In this document: positions 43,563-54,563 of the stretch, one piece after another
Position numbering within the stretch: position 1 is the first letter of the stretch
Layout: each line of letters begins with the position of its first letter
Origin: an uncultured Planctomycetaceae bacterium
GTDB taxonomy: Bacteria; Planctomycetota; Planctomycetia; Isosphaerales; Isosphaeraceae
NCBI GenBank assembly: GCA_963833985.1
Contig: CAWIAD010000002.1
Span: forward strand, 128,001 to 192,000
Length of the DNA: 64,000 bases
Direction: 5' to 3'
Notes under the pieces: model-generated
What the model saw: the letters and a program-made list of their open reading frames with translations, nothing else
What the model was told of the DNA's origin: nothing
The model's database searches: none
Made by a program: the position numbers and the translations under genes

Positions 43563-45807
43563 CCTACTTTCCGCACATCTCGCCTTGACTATCTCGTAAT
43601 TTCCGTGTGCCCTCTTTCGGCCAGTCAGGCTCAAATCTCGTAGGCTTTGGGTATCCCCAGCAGGCGCAGGATCCTCTTCTGGAGCCGAGTTAACTCTGTG
43701 CTGAACACCTCAAGAGGGCGTTTCCCAGCCTTCAGGGAATGCTCTTGAACGTCCTCGTACAGGTCGATCACTTTTCGAGCCGTCGGGCGTCGGCAGGCCC
43801 GACCTTCGGAATACAGTGGCAGGCTCTCGATTCCCGCTCGTTCCATCGCGCGGCGGAGTTCTCGCTCCAACAGCGCCTCGACCAGCAACACGAAGAAGTA
43901 CACGCAGAGCAAGGCCTGAATCCGACTTACCTCCTTCAGGTACATAGGCGCTACCACGAAGTCAGTCTTCAGGTGCTCGAACCGTCGTTCGATGGCCGGT
44001 TGCTGTTTGTAGGCCAAGAGCAGATCCTGCTCCGTCATCTTCGATTCGTTGCTCACCAGCGGGAAAATGCCATCACAGCGGGCCTCCTCATCCAGTCGCT
44101 CCAACTCAATCCGATGCTTCAACGAGTAACGGAGCTTCTCCTCTCGGACGTACCGCGTGTCCTGTCCAGGCCGGCCGCGTCGCTCCTGGCGGAACTTTTC
44201 GGTGACCTGCTCCTCGATCTCGACCGAGATCCACTCGGTGACCTCACAGTCTCGGAGCAGCTCCTCGACCGCCTCGGCGACCTTGGCTCGACTGCGGTAC
44301 CGGGTTCGGGACGAGGCGAGCTTGGCACGCAGTTCGTCCAGTCGTTTCAACGCCTTCTCCAGCCGGGTCAGCCGTACCTCCGCATCCAACTCGGCCTTGC
44401 GTGTGCTGTGATACCAGATCAGCCGGTAACCCTCGGTGGTCTGGCTCGCAGGTTTGCAGATCGAGAAGCGGTCGGTCAACTGTCCCTTGTCGTCGTACTT
44501 GTCGTGGGTCCATCGCCACTGGATCTCTCCCCGGAGTACGGCGCCGCGGAAGGCACCGTCCTCACTGCGAGTTCGCGGCAGCACGCTGAGGAACCGACCG
44601 CCGCGCTGATGCAGATAGGCCATGTTCTCGGTGGTGGCCAGCTTGCAGTCGGCGATGTAGAGAAAGTCTCGGCGTCCGGTCAGTTGACAGAGCAACTCCC
44701 AGGTCTCCTGGTGAGAGCGGTCGTCGGTGGCGTTGCCGCTCTCGACGCGAAAGTGCACCGGGACGGCACCGTCGCCGGTCACGGTGAGGATGTAGAGTAG
44801 CTGCTTGAGGTCGGGGCGGTGGTCTTTGTTATGACCCCAGGTCACCGCCAACCGCAATTGTCCCCGCAGGGTTCGCTCCGCCTCCGCCGACTCGTAGTCA
44901 CCGTGGAAAGTGATGGTGGTCGAGTCGTTGTGTAACTGGTCGAGGCTGACGTCGAATTCGCGTACGGCATGGGCCGCGACCTTCAGGGCCAACCCCGAGA
45001 GATTGGCGTCGAAGAGACGGTCGAGGGCCCGGCCAACTCGATCGTCGTTCATTGCGGCGACTTGGACATCGGACAACCCGAACAGTTTCGGCTCATGGCG
45101 GGCCACCCACTCACCGACACCATAGAGTGGCTCACGCGAGATCAGCAGGTTGCGCAGCAGGACGAGCAAGGCCGTGGCCGTGGGGACCCGAGTGCGGCCG
45201 TCCTCATGGGGCAGGTGGTCGCAGAGAAACTCGCGAAGGCGGAGCCGACTCAGGAAGTGTTCCAGGATGGGCACGGCGGCAATCCGCCGCGTGTTGAGCG
45301 TGCGCGTGCGTCCCTTCGAGCGGGCCGTCTCGCCGGGTTGGCGCGGTCGTTGAGGTTCGTTCATGCGGATCATCTCCGGAGGGTTTGCAGCGAGTTGGCC
45401 GGTGTCCGCCGCCGGGCCTTCCAGGGCCGTGAGGGGGAGTAGGCCGACCGCCGCAGGGCTTGCCGCAATGATGGCGGAGGAGATCGGGACGTCAAGGACA
45501 AAAAATCTTGTGATTCACTTATGACAATTTGCCTTGACGTAAGTTGTGAGCCGCTCAACTTACGCTCATAGCCCGTGTCACAAGTCGTCGCGGCGAGAAT
45601 CGCGGCGCGCGGCTGGACATTGCCAAGTCATAAGACAAGGCGAAGAATGGCTCGAGTTCAGGAACGGTCCGGTTGGCGAACCATCTGAACCGAACAAGGT
45701 CCCCGTGCCGATCGACTTGTAGATGTTTACCGACCCTGGGGCCGCGTCTGAGAAGATGGCCTCAGGTCGAATTCGGGGAAATCAAAGGGAGATGTGCGGA
45801 AAGTAGG
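43563..45807 (-). mobile_element. IS1634-family insertion sequence, 2245 bp
   Basis: Perfect 19-bp terminal IRs cctactttccgcacatctc (43563-43581) and gagatgtgcggaaagtagg (45789-45807); 6-bp TSD CTATAA (43557-43562 and 45808-45813). Confidence 0.95.
43631..45373 (-). CDS. IS1634 family DDE transposase
   Basis: NDDRVGRALD, LHNDSTTITF, GHNKDHRPDLKQL, YIADCKL, YKQQPAIERRFEHLK. Confidence 0.92.
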   Translation of the reverse strand: MIRMNEPQRPRQPGETARSKGRTRTLNTRRIAAVPILEHFLSRLRLREFLCDHLPHEDGRTRVPTATALLVLLRNLLISREPLYGVGEWVARHEPKLFGLSDVQVAAMNDDRVGRALDRLFDANLSGLALKVAAHAVREFDVSLDQLHNDSTTITFHGDYESAEAERTLRGQLRLAVTWGHNKDHRPDLKQLLYILTVTGDGAVPVHFRVESGNATDDRSHQETWELLCQLTGRRDFLYIADCKLATTENMAYLHQRGGRFLSVLPRTRSEDGAFRGAVLRGEIQWRWTHDKYDDKGQLTDRFSICKPASQTTEGYRLIWYHSTRKAELDAEVRLTRLEKALKRLDELRAKLASSRTRYRSRAKVAEAVEELLRDCEVTEWISVEIEEQVTEKFRQERRGRPGQDTRYVREEKLRYSLKHRIELERLDEEARCDGIFPLVSNESKMTEQDLLLAYKQQPAIERRFEHLKTDFVVAPMYLKEVSRIQALLCVYFFVLLVEALLERELRRAMERAGIESLPLYSEGRACRRPTARKVIDLYEDVQEHSLKAGKRPLEVFSTELTRLQKRILRLLGIPKAYEI

Positions 45808-46477
45808 CTATAACATCCTCGTGAATTATCGTCACCGTTTCCCGGTCCAGAGCATCGCGCTGCTGCTCTGCCCGGATGCCGATGGCCCGGCGATCAGCGG
45901 GTCCTTTCAGCAGCAGCTTCCTGACGGCTTCGTTTACCACGAGTTTCGTTATAATGTGGTGAAAGTCTGGGAGCGCTCGGCCCAGGAGATCCTGGCTGGT
46001 GGCCTGGCAACCTTGCCGCTGGCTCCCCTTGGAGCTGTGAACGAGAGCGAGCTACCCGCCGTCATCCGGGCCATGCAGCAAAGGCTGGAACACGAAGCGA
46101 CCGCGGGTCAGGCACTGACGCTCTGGACGGCCACCTATCTACTCATGGGTCTGACCTACCCGGACCAGTTGATTGATCGCTTGCTCGCAGGAGTCGGCAG
46201 TATGAAAGAGTCAGTGACCTACCAGAAGATTCTCCGCGAGGGACGCGTCGAGGGACGTGTCGAGGGACGCGTCGAGCAAGCAAGGAAAACCCTGCTGCAC
46301 CTGGGACGCAAGCGGTTCGGCAGCCCTGAGCCGCTCGTTGAAGCCGCCATCGAAGCCATCGCCGATCCGGACGAACTGGAGCGGCTCTCGGTCCGCGTTC
46401 TCGATGTCGCGACCTGGGATGAGCTGCTTGCTCTGCCCTGATGTACGGACGGGGCGGCCATGCGCATCCAGCCGCGC

Positions 46478-46526
46478 TCAGTACCCGCTGTGCATGCGGC
46501 TTCCCGGAAGCTGGGCAGCAATGATG
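46478..46526 (-). repeat. Orphan duplicate of the miaE 3' end
   Basis: Encodes IIAAQLPGSRMHSGY*, versus IIAAQPPGSRMHSGF* at 47509-47557. Confidence 0.9.
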
Positions 46527-46590
46527 CCGAACTCGGCTTTCAGCTTGCGATGCGGGCCAATCGCGAGCACGGGATCGGTTCAGGAAGGCG

Positions 46591-47472
46591 ATGATGCCCA
46601 AGACATTTGATGCCGCCACCAAGGAGCTGCTCGAGAGCGATCCACGCGCCTGGCTCCAGTGGCTGCTGGGTCGTGAGCTTGCTGACGTCCGGACGCTGAA
46701 CGTGGATCTCTCGACGGTGACCACCGAGGCGGATTCCGTGCTGCTGGTCCAGGACTCCGAGCCCTGGGTGGTTCATCTCGAGTTTCAATCCGGATACGAT
46801 CCCGAAATACCCAGACGGCTCTTGCGCTACAACATCCTCGTGAATTATCGTCACCGTTTCCCGGTCCAGAGCATCGCGCTGCTGCTCTGCCCGGATGCCG
46901 ATGGCCCGGCGATCAGCGGGTCCTTTCAGCAGCAGCTTCCTGACGGCTTCGTTTACCACGAGTTTCGTTATAATGTGGTGAAAGTCTGGGAGCGCTCGGC
47001 CCAGGAGATCCTGGCTGGTGGCCTGGCAACCTTGCCGCTGGCTCCCCTTGGAGCTGTGAACGAGAGCGAACTGCCCGCCGTCATCCGGGCCATGCAGCAA
47101 AGGCTGGAACACGAAGCGACCGCGGGTCAGGCACTGACGCTCTGGACGGCCACCTATCTACTCATGGGTCTGACCTACCCGGACCAGTTGATTGATCGCT
47201 TGCTCGCAGGAGTCGGCAGCATGAAAGAGTCAGTGACCTACCAGAAGATTCTCCGCGAGGGACGTGTCGAGGGACGTGTCGAAGGACGTGTCGAGGGTCG
47301 CGTCGAGCAAGCAAGGAAAACCCTGCTGCACCTGGGACGCAAGCGGTTCGGCAGCCCTGAGCCGCTCGTTGAAGCCGCCATCGAAGCCATCACCGATCCG
47401 GACGAACTGGAGCGGCTCTCGATCCGCGTTCTCGATGTTGCGACCTGGGATGAGCTGCTTGCTCTGCCCTGA
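46591..47472 (+). CDS. Rpn family recombination-promoting nuclease/putative transposase (PD-(D/E)XK), intact copy 2
   Basis: FDAATKELLE, EADSVLL..VVHLEFQSGYD..PRRLLRY, LPLAPL, MKESVTYQKILREG(RVEG)n, C-terminal KRFG...ELERL...WDELL. Confidence 0.88.
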   Translation: MMPKTFDAATKELLESDPRAWLQWLLGRELADVRTLNVDLSTVTTEADSVLLVQDSEPWVVHLEFQSGYDPEIPRRLLRYNILVNYRHRFPVQSIALLLCPDADGPAISGSFQQQLPDGFVYHEFRYNVVKVWERSAQEILAGGLATLPLAPLGAVNESELPAVIRAMQQRLEHEATAGQALTLWTATYLLMGLTYPDQLIDRLLAGVGSMKESVTYQKILREGRVEGRVEGRVEGRVEQARKTLLHLGRKRFGSPEPLVEAAIEAITDPDELERLSIRVLDVATWDELLALP

Positions 47473-47508
47473 TGCAAGGACGGGGCGGCAACGCGCATCC
47501 GGCCGCTC

Positions 47509-48144
47509 TCAGAACCCGCTGTGCATGCGGCTTCCCGGAGGCTGGGCAGCGATGATGAGAGCCTCGGCCTCCAGCAGCTCGCGCCAGCGGCTGGCGACTT
47601 CGCCCTCGGCGAGCACATGCTCTGACAGATGCACGAACACCCGGTAATGGCCCAGCTCCGAGCCGCTCAGGCGGCCGTAGAACCGGGCGAGCTCGCGGTC
47701 GGGGGCGCAGCGGGCGAGGATCTCGAACCGTTCGCACGAGCGGGCCTCGATGAGTGCCGAAATCAGCAGCCTGTCGACCAGCTCCTTGTTGCCTTCTCCC
47801 TTTCGCACCAGGCCGCGCAGGGCGTTCGCGTACGGGTTGCGGTGCGTACGTTCGAGCCGGCCTCCCCGGCGGTTCAGGATCCGGATCACGTCGCTGAGAT
47901 GGTCCGCCTCGTCCCTGGCGATGGCGGCCAGCGTGCTCACCCAGTCTGCTGGGCAATCCGGCTCGGGCCAGCGGTTGAGCAGCTCGAGCGCATTGGAAGC
48001 CGCTTTCTTTTCCAGGTAGGCGTGGTCATTCAAGAGCACCAGTACGTCCTGGCGCGCCGTTGTTGCCCAGGCATCGGGCGTGTGCCAGAGCAAGGGCAGC
48101 GGGCCGGCCTCGAGGCTCTGTACTGTCCGATCGGAATGCGCCAT
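47509..48144 (-). CDS. miaE: tRNA-(ms[2]io[6]A) hydroxylase MiaE-like di-iron protein
   Basis: LNDHAYLEKKAA, ARDEADH, NPYA, DRLLISALIEARSCERF, SELGHY, RMHSG. Confidence 0.9.
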   Translation of the reverse strand: MAHSDRTVQSLEAGPLPLLWHTPDAWATTARQDVLVLLNDHAYLEKKAASNALELLNRWPEPDCPADWVSTLAAIARDEADHLSDVIRILNRRGGRLERTHRNPYANALRGLVRKGEGNKELVDRLLISALIEARSCERFEILARCAPDRELARFYGRLSGSELGHYRVFVHLSEHVLAEGEVASRWRELLEAEALIIAAQPPGSRMHSGF

Positions 48145-48347
48145 GCGAGCGTAACCCCAAGAGGAAGGAAAGCCTCCGCGCGATTCATTCTGACTCCGAG
48201 CGGCCAATTTGCACAGGCTTCGGCTCGGTTGCGCCGTGTGGCCCATCACGCTCGCGACGCGCTCGACGATCGCTGATTTCACCCAGTACGTTGGCTTCGT
48301 TCCATCACGTCTTGCCTGAGGCACCGGCGCGGCGGTGAATCGCGGGT

Positions 48348-51300
48348 TCAACTGAGGGTCATCGCCATGATCCTCACGTTGTTATTGCTGGGCATGGTGA
48401 TGCTGCGGACGCTCTTGGTGCTGTCCAGCGTGAAGCTGTAGCCGTACAGGTCGTAGGTGCCCGTTTGGGTGGTGCCGTTGGCCAGGTTGAGGTACGGCGT
48501 GGACGCCACAACGGTCTCGCCGCTGAAGCCCGACGAGTGGAACCAGTCGCTCATCGATTGCTGGAACGTCTGCGTCGAGCCGTCGCTGTAGGTGACCGTG
48601 AAGTCGACCGTCTGGCTGCCGAAGACACCGCAGCCCAGGAACGTGAGCGTGTTGAACTGGCCAGGCGGCAGGTCGATGACCTGGCCGGGGCGCTGACGAC
48701 ATTCAGCCCATCGGTGGCTCCCGCGGCGCCTGAGTTCTGGTAAATGTAGCTCGGGAGCTTGAGCGCCAGGCTGACGCCGTTGAAGATCACATAGCGGGGG
48801 AGCGACTGCGCCGAGAATGCGTAACCGCTGCCGCCCAGGCCACCGCTGTAGGGCACCCCGTCCGTGACGATGCCGTTACGGTTGAAGTCGGCGCTCAGGT
48901 CCACCGGGATCCCCAGGGAGGGCGGGTTGGTCGTCTCCGGCGAGTAGGTGATGGTGTAGCCGAAGCCGGATGGGAACGTGGTCGAGGTCCCGGAAAGCGT
49001 GCCCGTCGTCTGGCCCGTGCCGGTCCCCGAGGCGAAGTAGGGGATGAGGTTCCGCGGCGAGTAGCCGCTGATGCCCTGGCCCCAGTTGAAGAAGGCGTCG
49101 GCCCAGGTGGCGTAGGCGGGTTGCTGGACGAAGGCGCTGGACGAGAAGGAGTAGGCGTAGGGCGCGGGCTGGGCCGCGTAATACCACCCCCCGTTGAGCG
49201 CCGCGTAGGGCTGGTTGGGGTTCACCGGAGCCAGGTCCGTGCCGACGGCGTCCGTCGGCCCGTTCAGGAGCGGTCCACGCGGCACGCCGAAGAGGTCTTG
49301 CAGCGTGCTCTCCGCGATCGGGTTGTTGTTCGTGTCGAGGAGCTGCCAGCCGGTGATGATCGAGCCCGATTGCTGAGAGGAAAACCCGGACGCGGACTGC
49401 TGCATGAGCGCCGGGGTGACCGAGAGGAAATAGCCGGGAGAGGTGACGTCCAGCGGTGCGGCGTCCGGATAATAGGGCAGGCTGATGAAGCCCAGGTAGT
49501 TGGGCGGGCTGGACGTGGACGGCGTGATGGTGCTCGTGGAATTGATCGGCCCCACGGCGACGTCGTTGCCCCCCTGGAGGTATTCCATGTTGCCCAGCGC
49601 GACCGCGGTGTCCTGGCTGCTGGTCCCCGGCTGGAAGCCCACGAAGTTGCCCACGGCCGAGCCGGAGATGAAGCTCAGGTCGTCGCTCCCCTCGTTGGCG
49701 ACGACGATCTCGCTCATGCCGTTGTTCAGGAAGTTGCCGTCGACGATCCCCCGTGCCCCGACGGCTCCCAGGTCCCCGTTCAGGAGGTAGGAAACCGGCG
49801 CGAAGAACGACCCGGAACCGTCGCCCCGGTTGTACAGCAGCGCGACGCCGCTGTCCGTGCTCTGGCTGTCGTTGGTAACGAAGCTCACCGCCAGGTCGGG
49901 GAAGCCACCGCCATACGGCTCGACGAGCGTGATCTCCTCGGGATTGTCGTTCGAGTCCAGGTCGATATTGTTCACCTGGAAGTTTCCCTTGCCGTCGCCC
50001 AGCAGGATGCTGACCTTCGAGCTGGCGTGGTCGGCGACGGCGATGTCGAGGTTGCCGTCGCCGTTGAAGTCGCCGACGACCAGTCCGTGCGGGTTACCGC
50101 TGCTCGCGTGCAGGGCGATCGTGTACGCCAGCGCGAACTGGCCGTTGCTGCCGAGCTTGAGAATGCCGACCGCGTCGCTCCACTGGTACGAGACGGCCAG
50201 CTCGACCGTGCCGCTGTGGTCGAAGTCGCCGGTCGCGATGCCCCAGGGCCGTAACAGGCCGGTGTTGAGGTTCTGCACCAGCGAGAAGTTCCCCTGGCCG
50301 TCCCCCTTGAGGATGCTCACCAGGTTTGTACCGGGGCTGGTGACGGCCAGGTCCTCGATTCCGTTACTGAAGAAGTCGTCCACGGCGATCTGCTGCGGCG
50401 GGCTGTTCCCCGCCACCCCCAGGTTGATCGCGGGTTTGGGCGTGAACTGACCGTTGCCGTTGTTGATCAGGGCCACGACGTGGCTGTTCGTGGTGACCGC
50501 CAGGTCGTCGATGCCGGTCCCGTTGACAAACTTGCCGACCGCGATGCCTTCCGGATAGTCCGGCCCCCCCAGGCTGGCCGGCGGCCATGTCGACGTGAAG
50601 GTGCCGGCGCCGTTCCCCCTCAGGATGCTGACATCCGAGGTGTCGTAGTTGGCGACCGCCAGATCCAGGTTGGTGTCCCCCTGGAAGAAATGCCCCGTGA
50701 TAACGTCGTACGCCCCGTCCGGCCCGTTCTGGTTCTGGGGGCCGTTGAGACTGACCGACGTGTTCGAGAGCAAGGTCGTCTGGCCGTTGGCCGCGGGCAG
50801 AGTGGACAGCGACGGCGCCTCGCTCCAGTGGAAGACCGCGGGGATCATCGTGCTCCATGACAGCCGCGAGATCAGGTCGGTGGCAGCGTCGTTCGGCGAG
50901 ACGCTCATCGTCGGGTCTGGGTTGCCCGGAGTCGACGACGGAGGAGACAGCTGGCTTCCGCTGATCGCCTGGAGGGCCTCGAGCAGGCCGAAGTTGCTCA
51001 GGTAGGTATCCACGAACGTCGTGTTGCTCAGGGACTGCTGGATGTTCTGCCATTGCGAGGAGACGCTCTTCGTGACGTTGGTGGCGATATCCGACAGCAC
51101 GCTGGCGTTCAGGATGTTGTTCGTGATCGGCGTCACGGGGACCGTCAGATTCTGGTAACCCGGGACGCTGGCCTGATCGATGAAGTCGCTGGCGAGCGTG
51201 GCCCCGGCCCCCACCACCAGCCCGCCAAACGCCGCGCCGACAGGCCCCGAGATGCCCACGAGCGCCTCCAGAAACGCGCCGAGGCCCTCCACCGCTGCCT

Positions 51301-54184
51301 CCCCGAAGAGCTGGATCGCGCTCGGCGGCGAGCTGGGAACCTTCACGTTCACGCTGGTCACCTGCTCGGTCTGCCCGTTGGCGATCTGGACCGAAATGTT
51401 CGTCGCCGTCCCATTCGAGCCGATGGCATTGATGACCGACTGGACCCAGGTCGGGAAGGACCCCGCGCCAGAGCCGTTGAGCACCGACGCGACCTGCTGC
51501 CGCATCTGGTTGGCGATGTAGAAGAAGTAGTAGACCTCTTGCTGCGGCGAGTCGGGCTGGTAGTGGAAGGGCTGGGCGGGCGGCGTCAAGGGAAGGGCGG
51601 GCAAGGCGCCGTAAGCAGACTGGTACGCCCCGTCGAGGGCGCTCTGGAGCTGGGACACGATGGTGTTGTTCGAGAACGACAGGCCAATGATGTTGGCAAA
51701 GCCGGAACTGCCCAGGCTGTTGTTGTTGACCAGCGTCTGGTAGGCGGTGGCCAGCCCGGCGGCCCATGTCGCAGGATTGGTCCCGCTCGGGACGGGGAAG
51801 TACCGCGTGTCGGTCCAGAGCGGCCAGTAGCTCGCCGGGGCGTCGTTCGTCGGCAAGGAACCGGCATTGGGGTTGACGCCCGGCAGGCTCGGGTCCGCGT
51901 AGGCATAGCTGTAGATAACGTTCTGCGTGTCCTCAGTGTTCAGCGAGCCGCCGCTTTGATAGCTGTTCAACATACCCATCAGGCTGTTCAGCGGCCCGGG
52001 GATGTCCGAGAGCGTGACCATCGCGGTCTGCGACCCGTCCGGGGTCCAGGTCAAGGTCACATCCAACGTGCCGGTGCGCTTGGCCTGGAGGTACGTCGTG
52101 CCCCCGCCTGTGATCGAGCTGGAAACCACAACCCCCAGGTCTGACTCGGCCTGGATGGTGAGATTGCCGAGCGACTGGTCGGGGACGCTGATCTCGAGCT
52201 GGTCCCCGGCCGCCAGGCCGACCTTGTAAGTGACGGGGCTGTTGCCGACGCTGACCGCCGGGGCTGCCAGCGGCGTCATGAGCTGGATGCCCCAGGAGCG
52301 GGCCCCGGGCAGCCTCGGCGACGTCGAGAATGGGTCGGTCGAGATCGTCGTCGGAACCTGGACCAGCAGGGTGCCGGCCGTCGGCCCGATCGCGGTGCCC
52401 GTGCCGCCCGGTGCCTGGTTGTACCAGGTCGAGTTCGTGGATGTCTGATCGAAGTTGAAGTCGTCCAGCAGGCCGGCGGCCAGGTCGCTGTCCGCCAGGA
52501 CCGGGGTCGTCATCGCCTCCTGGACCTGTGCCTGAGAGAGCGCCGTGGTCCAGGCCGCGACCTCGTCGATCGTGCCGATGAATCCCTGCGGGTAGTTGAT
52601 CTGGGGGGTAGGCGTCGTGTTCGGCTCTGGAAAGGTCGTCCCGCCGACCGAAAAGCCGAGCGGTGGACCCAGAGTGTCGCTGGTCGCGAGCGTCGGCGTG
52701 AACGAATAGAACGAGCTACTGGACCCCTGGATCTGCCCTTGCAGCAGGCCGTCGAGGTAGAGCGTCTCGGTCTGGCCCTCAACCACGAAGGCCACATGGT
52801 GCCAGGTGTTATCCAGCACCGGCGACTGGCTGACCAGCGGCCGCGCGGCCCCGACCTGGTACGCGACGGTCGCCGGGTCGCCGCCGACCGCGTCGCCCGA
52901 CGGAGTCCAGTTGAAGACGGTCTGGTACGGGTTGGGCGTCACCTTCGTCCCGTCGAACAGGCCCGCCACGAGCTTGTCCTGGCTGTTGATGTAGACCAGC
53001 GGGGCCTGCGTGTTGTAGCCGTCGAGGGCGAGGGTCTCCGAGAGCAGGGCGCCCGGTCCCTTCGCCTGGAACCAGAGCTGAAAGGTTATGCCGGTGCCGA
53101 CGTTCGAGGGCCACGACGTGTCGAGCGCGCTGGGGAGCTGGAGCGTGGGCTGAACTGCCGCGCCGCCCATGATGGTCGCGTAGGGGACCTCCGGGAAGAC
53201 GATGCCATTGCCCCAGGGCGAGCTCATCGGCACGCCGAACGACGCGGCGGTCGCCGTGCTGACTTCGTCGTACGCGGGGGGGTCGGTGATCGAGTCGGGC
53301 ACCAGGCCCTGCTGGCTCACACCGAAATACGAGGGCAGCGTTGGACCGATGGTCAGTGGGTTGCTCAGCGAGGGCGGCGCTGGAAGTTGCGCCAGGCGTA
53401 GGACGTCCTGGCGTGATTGAGGCGTGGCCAGGAACCGCGCCAGGACCAGCCGGAAGCCGTCGGGCTGGCGGAGCTGCCGCGTGGCGGCCTGGATCAGCGT
53501 GGCGGGAAACTGGCCATCCTGAAGCGCCTGCGCGGCGAGGTGTCCGGTCCAGACTCGATCGAAGCGTGGCGACCCGAAGAGCCGCCCGACCAGCCGCAGT
53601 CGCTGCGGGACGCTCTGCACCGGCAATTTCGCCAGCGCCGGCGGCAGGACCTGACTTCCGAGGAACTCACGCGCGAGCGCGGCCTGATAGCTCGCCTCGA
53701 TCCCGCCAGACCGGTCATAATACTCCGTGCTCGCGGCGATCCGTGCCAGGAGCTGGGCCGGGCGGCCCGCCGGCAACCGCGACGATCCCGTGCCGCTCAG
53801 CGCGGAGGACGTCACGCCCTGGCCGAGCAGCATCTGGATATACTGCTGGGTGGTCGCCAGCCGCGCGGGGGGAGTGCCCAGCAACTGGAGCATGGCCGCG
53901 GTGGGCAGCAGACCGCGGGAAAGCCGCCCGGCCGTCTGCGCGACGAATCCGGGGGGGAGCGTCGTGTTCAAGACAATTGCGGCGACGTCGTTGAGCCAGG
54001 TGACGTCGGCTTTCGCCACGGCCGCCCGGGTAAGCGTCGCGGCCAGCCCCGAAGTGGCCGGCGCGAGACGCTGCTCCAGGACCTCCAGCAAGGCGCGGAA
54101 GGCCCGGCGCCGGATCGGACCGGGCCGCGAATCGCCTTTGCCGGATGGGCTTTTCTTCCACGCGAACAGCGGGTGCAGCGTCAT
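48348..54184 (-). CDS. Very large secreted/surface protein with LamG-like, FG-GAP repeat and C-terminal beta domains (frameshift near 48690)
   Basis: LEVLEQRLAPA leader; WHHVAFV..LYLDG..FIGTIDEVAAW (LamG); GDFNGDGNLDIAVA-type repeats; the frame continues to 48348. Confidence 0.8.
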
Positions 54185-54563
54185 CGGGAGAGATCTCCGT
54201 GCGGCCGCCATGGAGGCTCAGGTCGTCGATCGCTGCGAGACTCGGCCCTGGGCTGCCGCGTCCAGAGCGAAGCATTGAGAACCCTAACAATATAAATTCA
54301 CCTGTGCGAGTGAATTCCTGCTGACATTACCTAGATTTCCCAGATACACAGAGAATCCCACCACTCTGGGCCCGTTTCCGCTCGCCGGACGTGCATGACG
54401 CCGCGCTCGACCGGGCGGCGGGGGGGCATCCCTTCAGGCTCGACGACGGTGAGCCGGCCAGAACCTGGCTCATGGCCGGTTCGGCCAGTAGAATCGACCC
54501 TCAATCCATGGCCGCCGTGCAAGGCGCCGCGAAGGTCTCAACTCGTTCCGTGGGGATTTGAAA

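Larger units (their letters stand above)
43321..46441 (+). pseudogene. Rpn family PD-(D/E)XK nuclease, copy 1, interrupted by IS1634 (coding parts 43321-43562 and 45808-46441)
   Basis: Near-identical to 46591-47472 on both sides of the IS; broken at LLRY/NILV. Confidence 0.92.
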
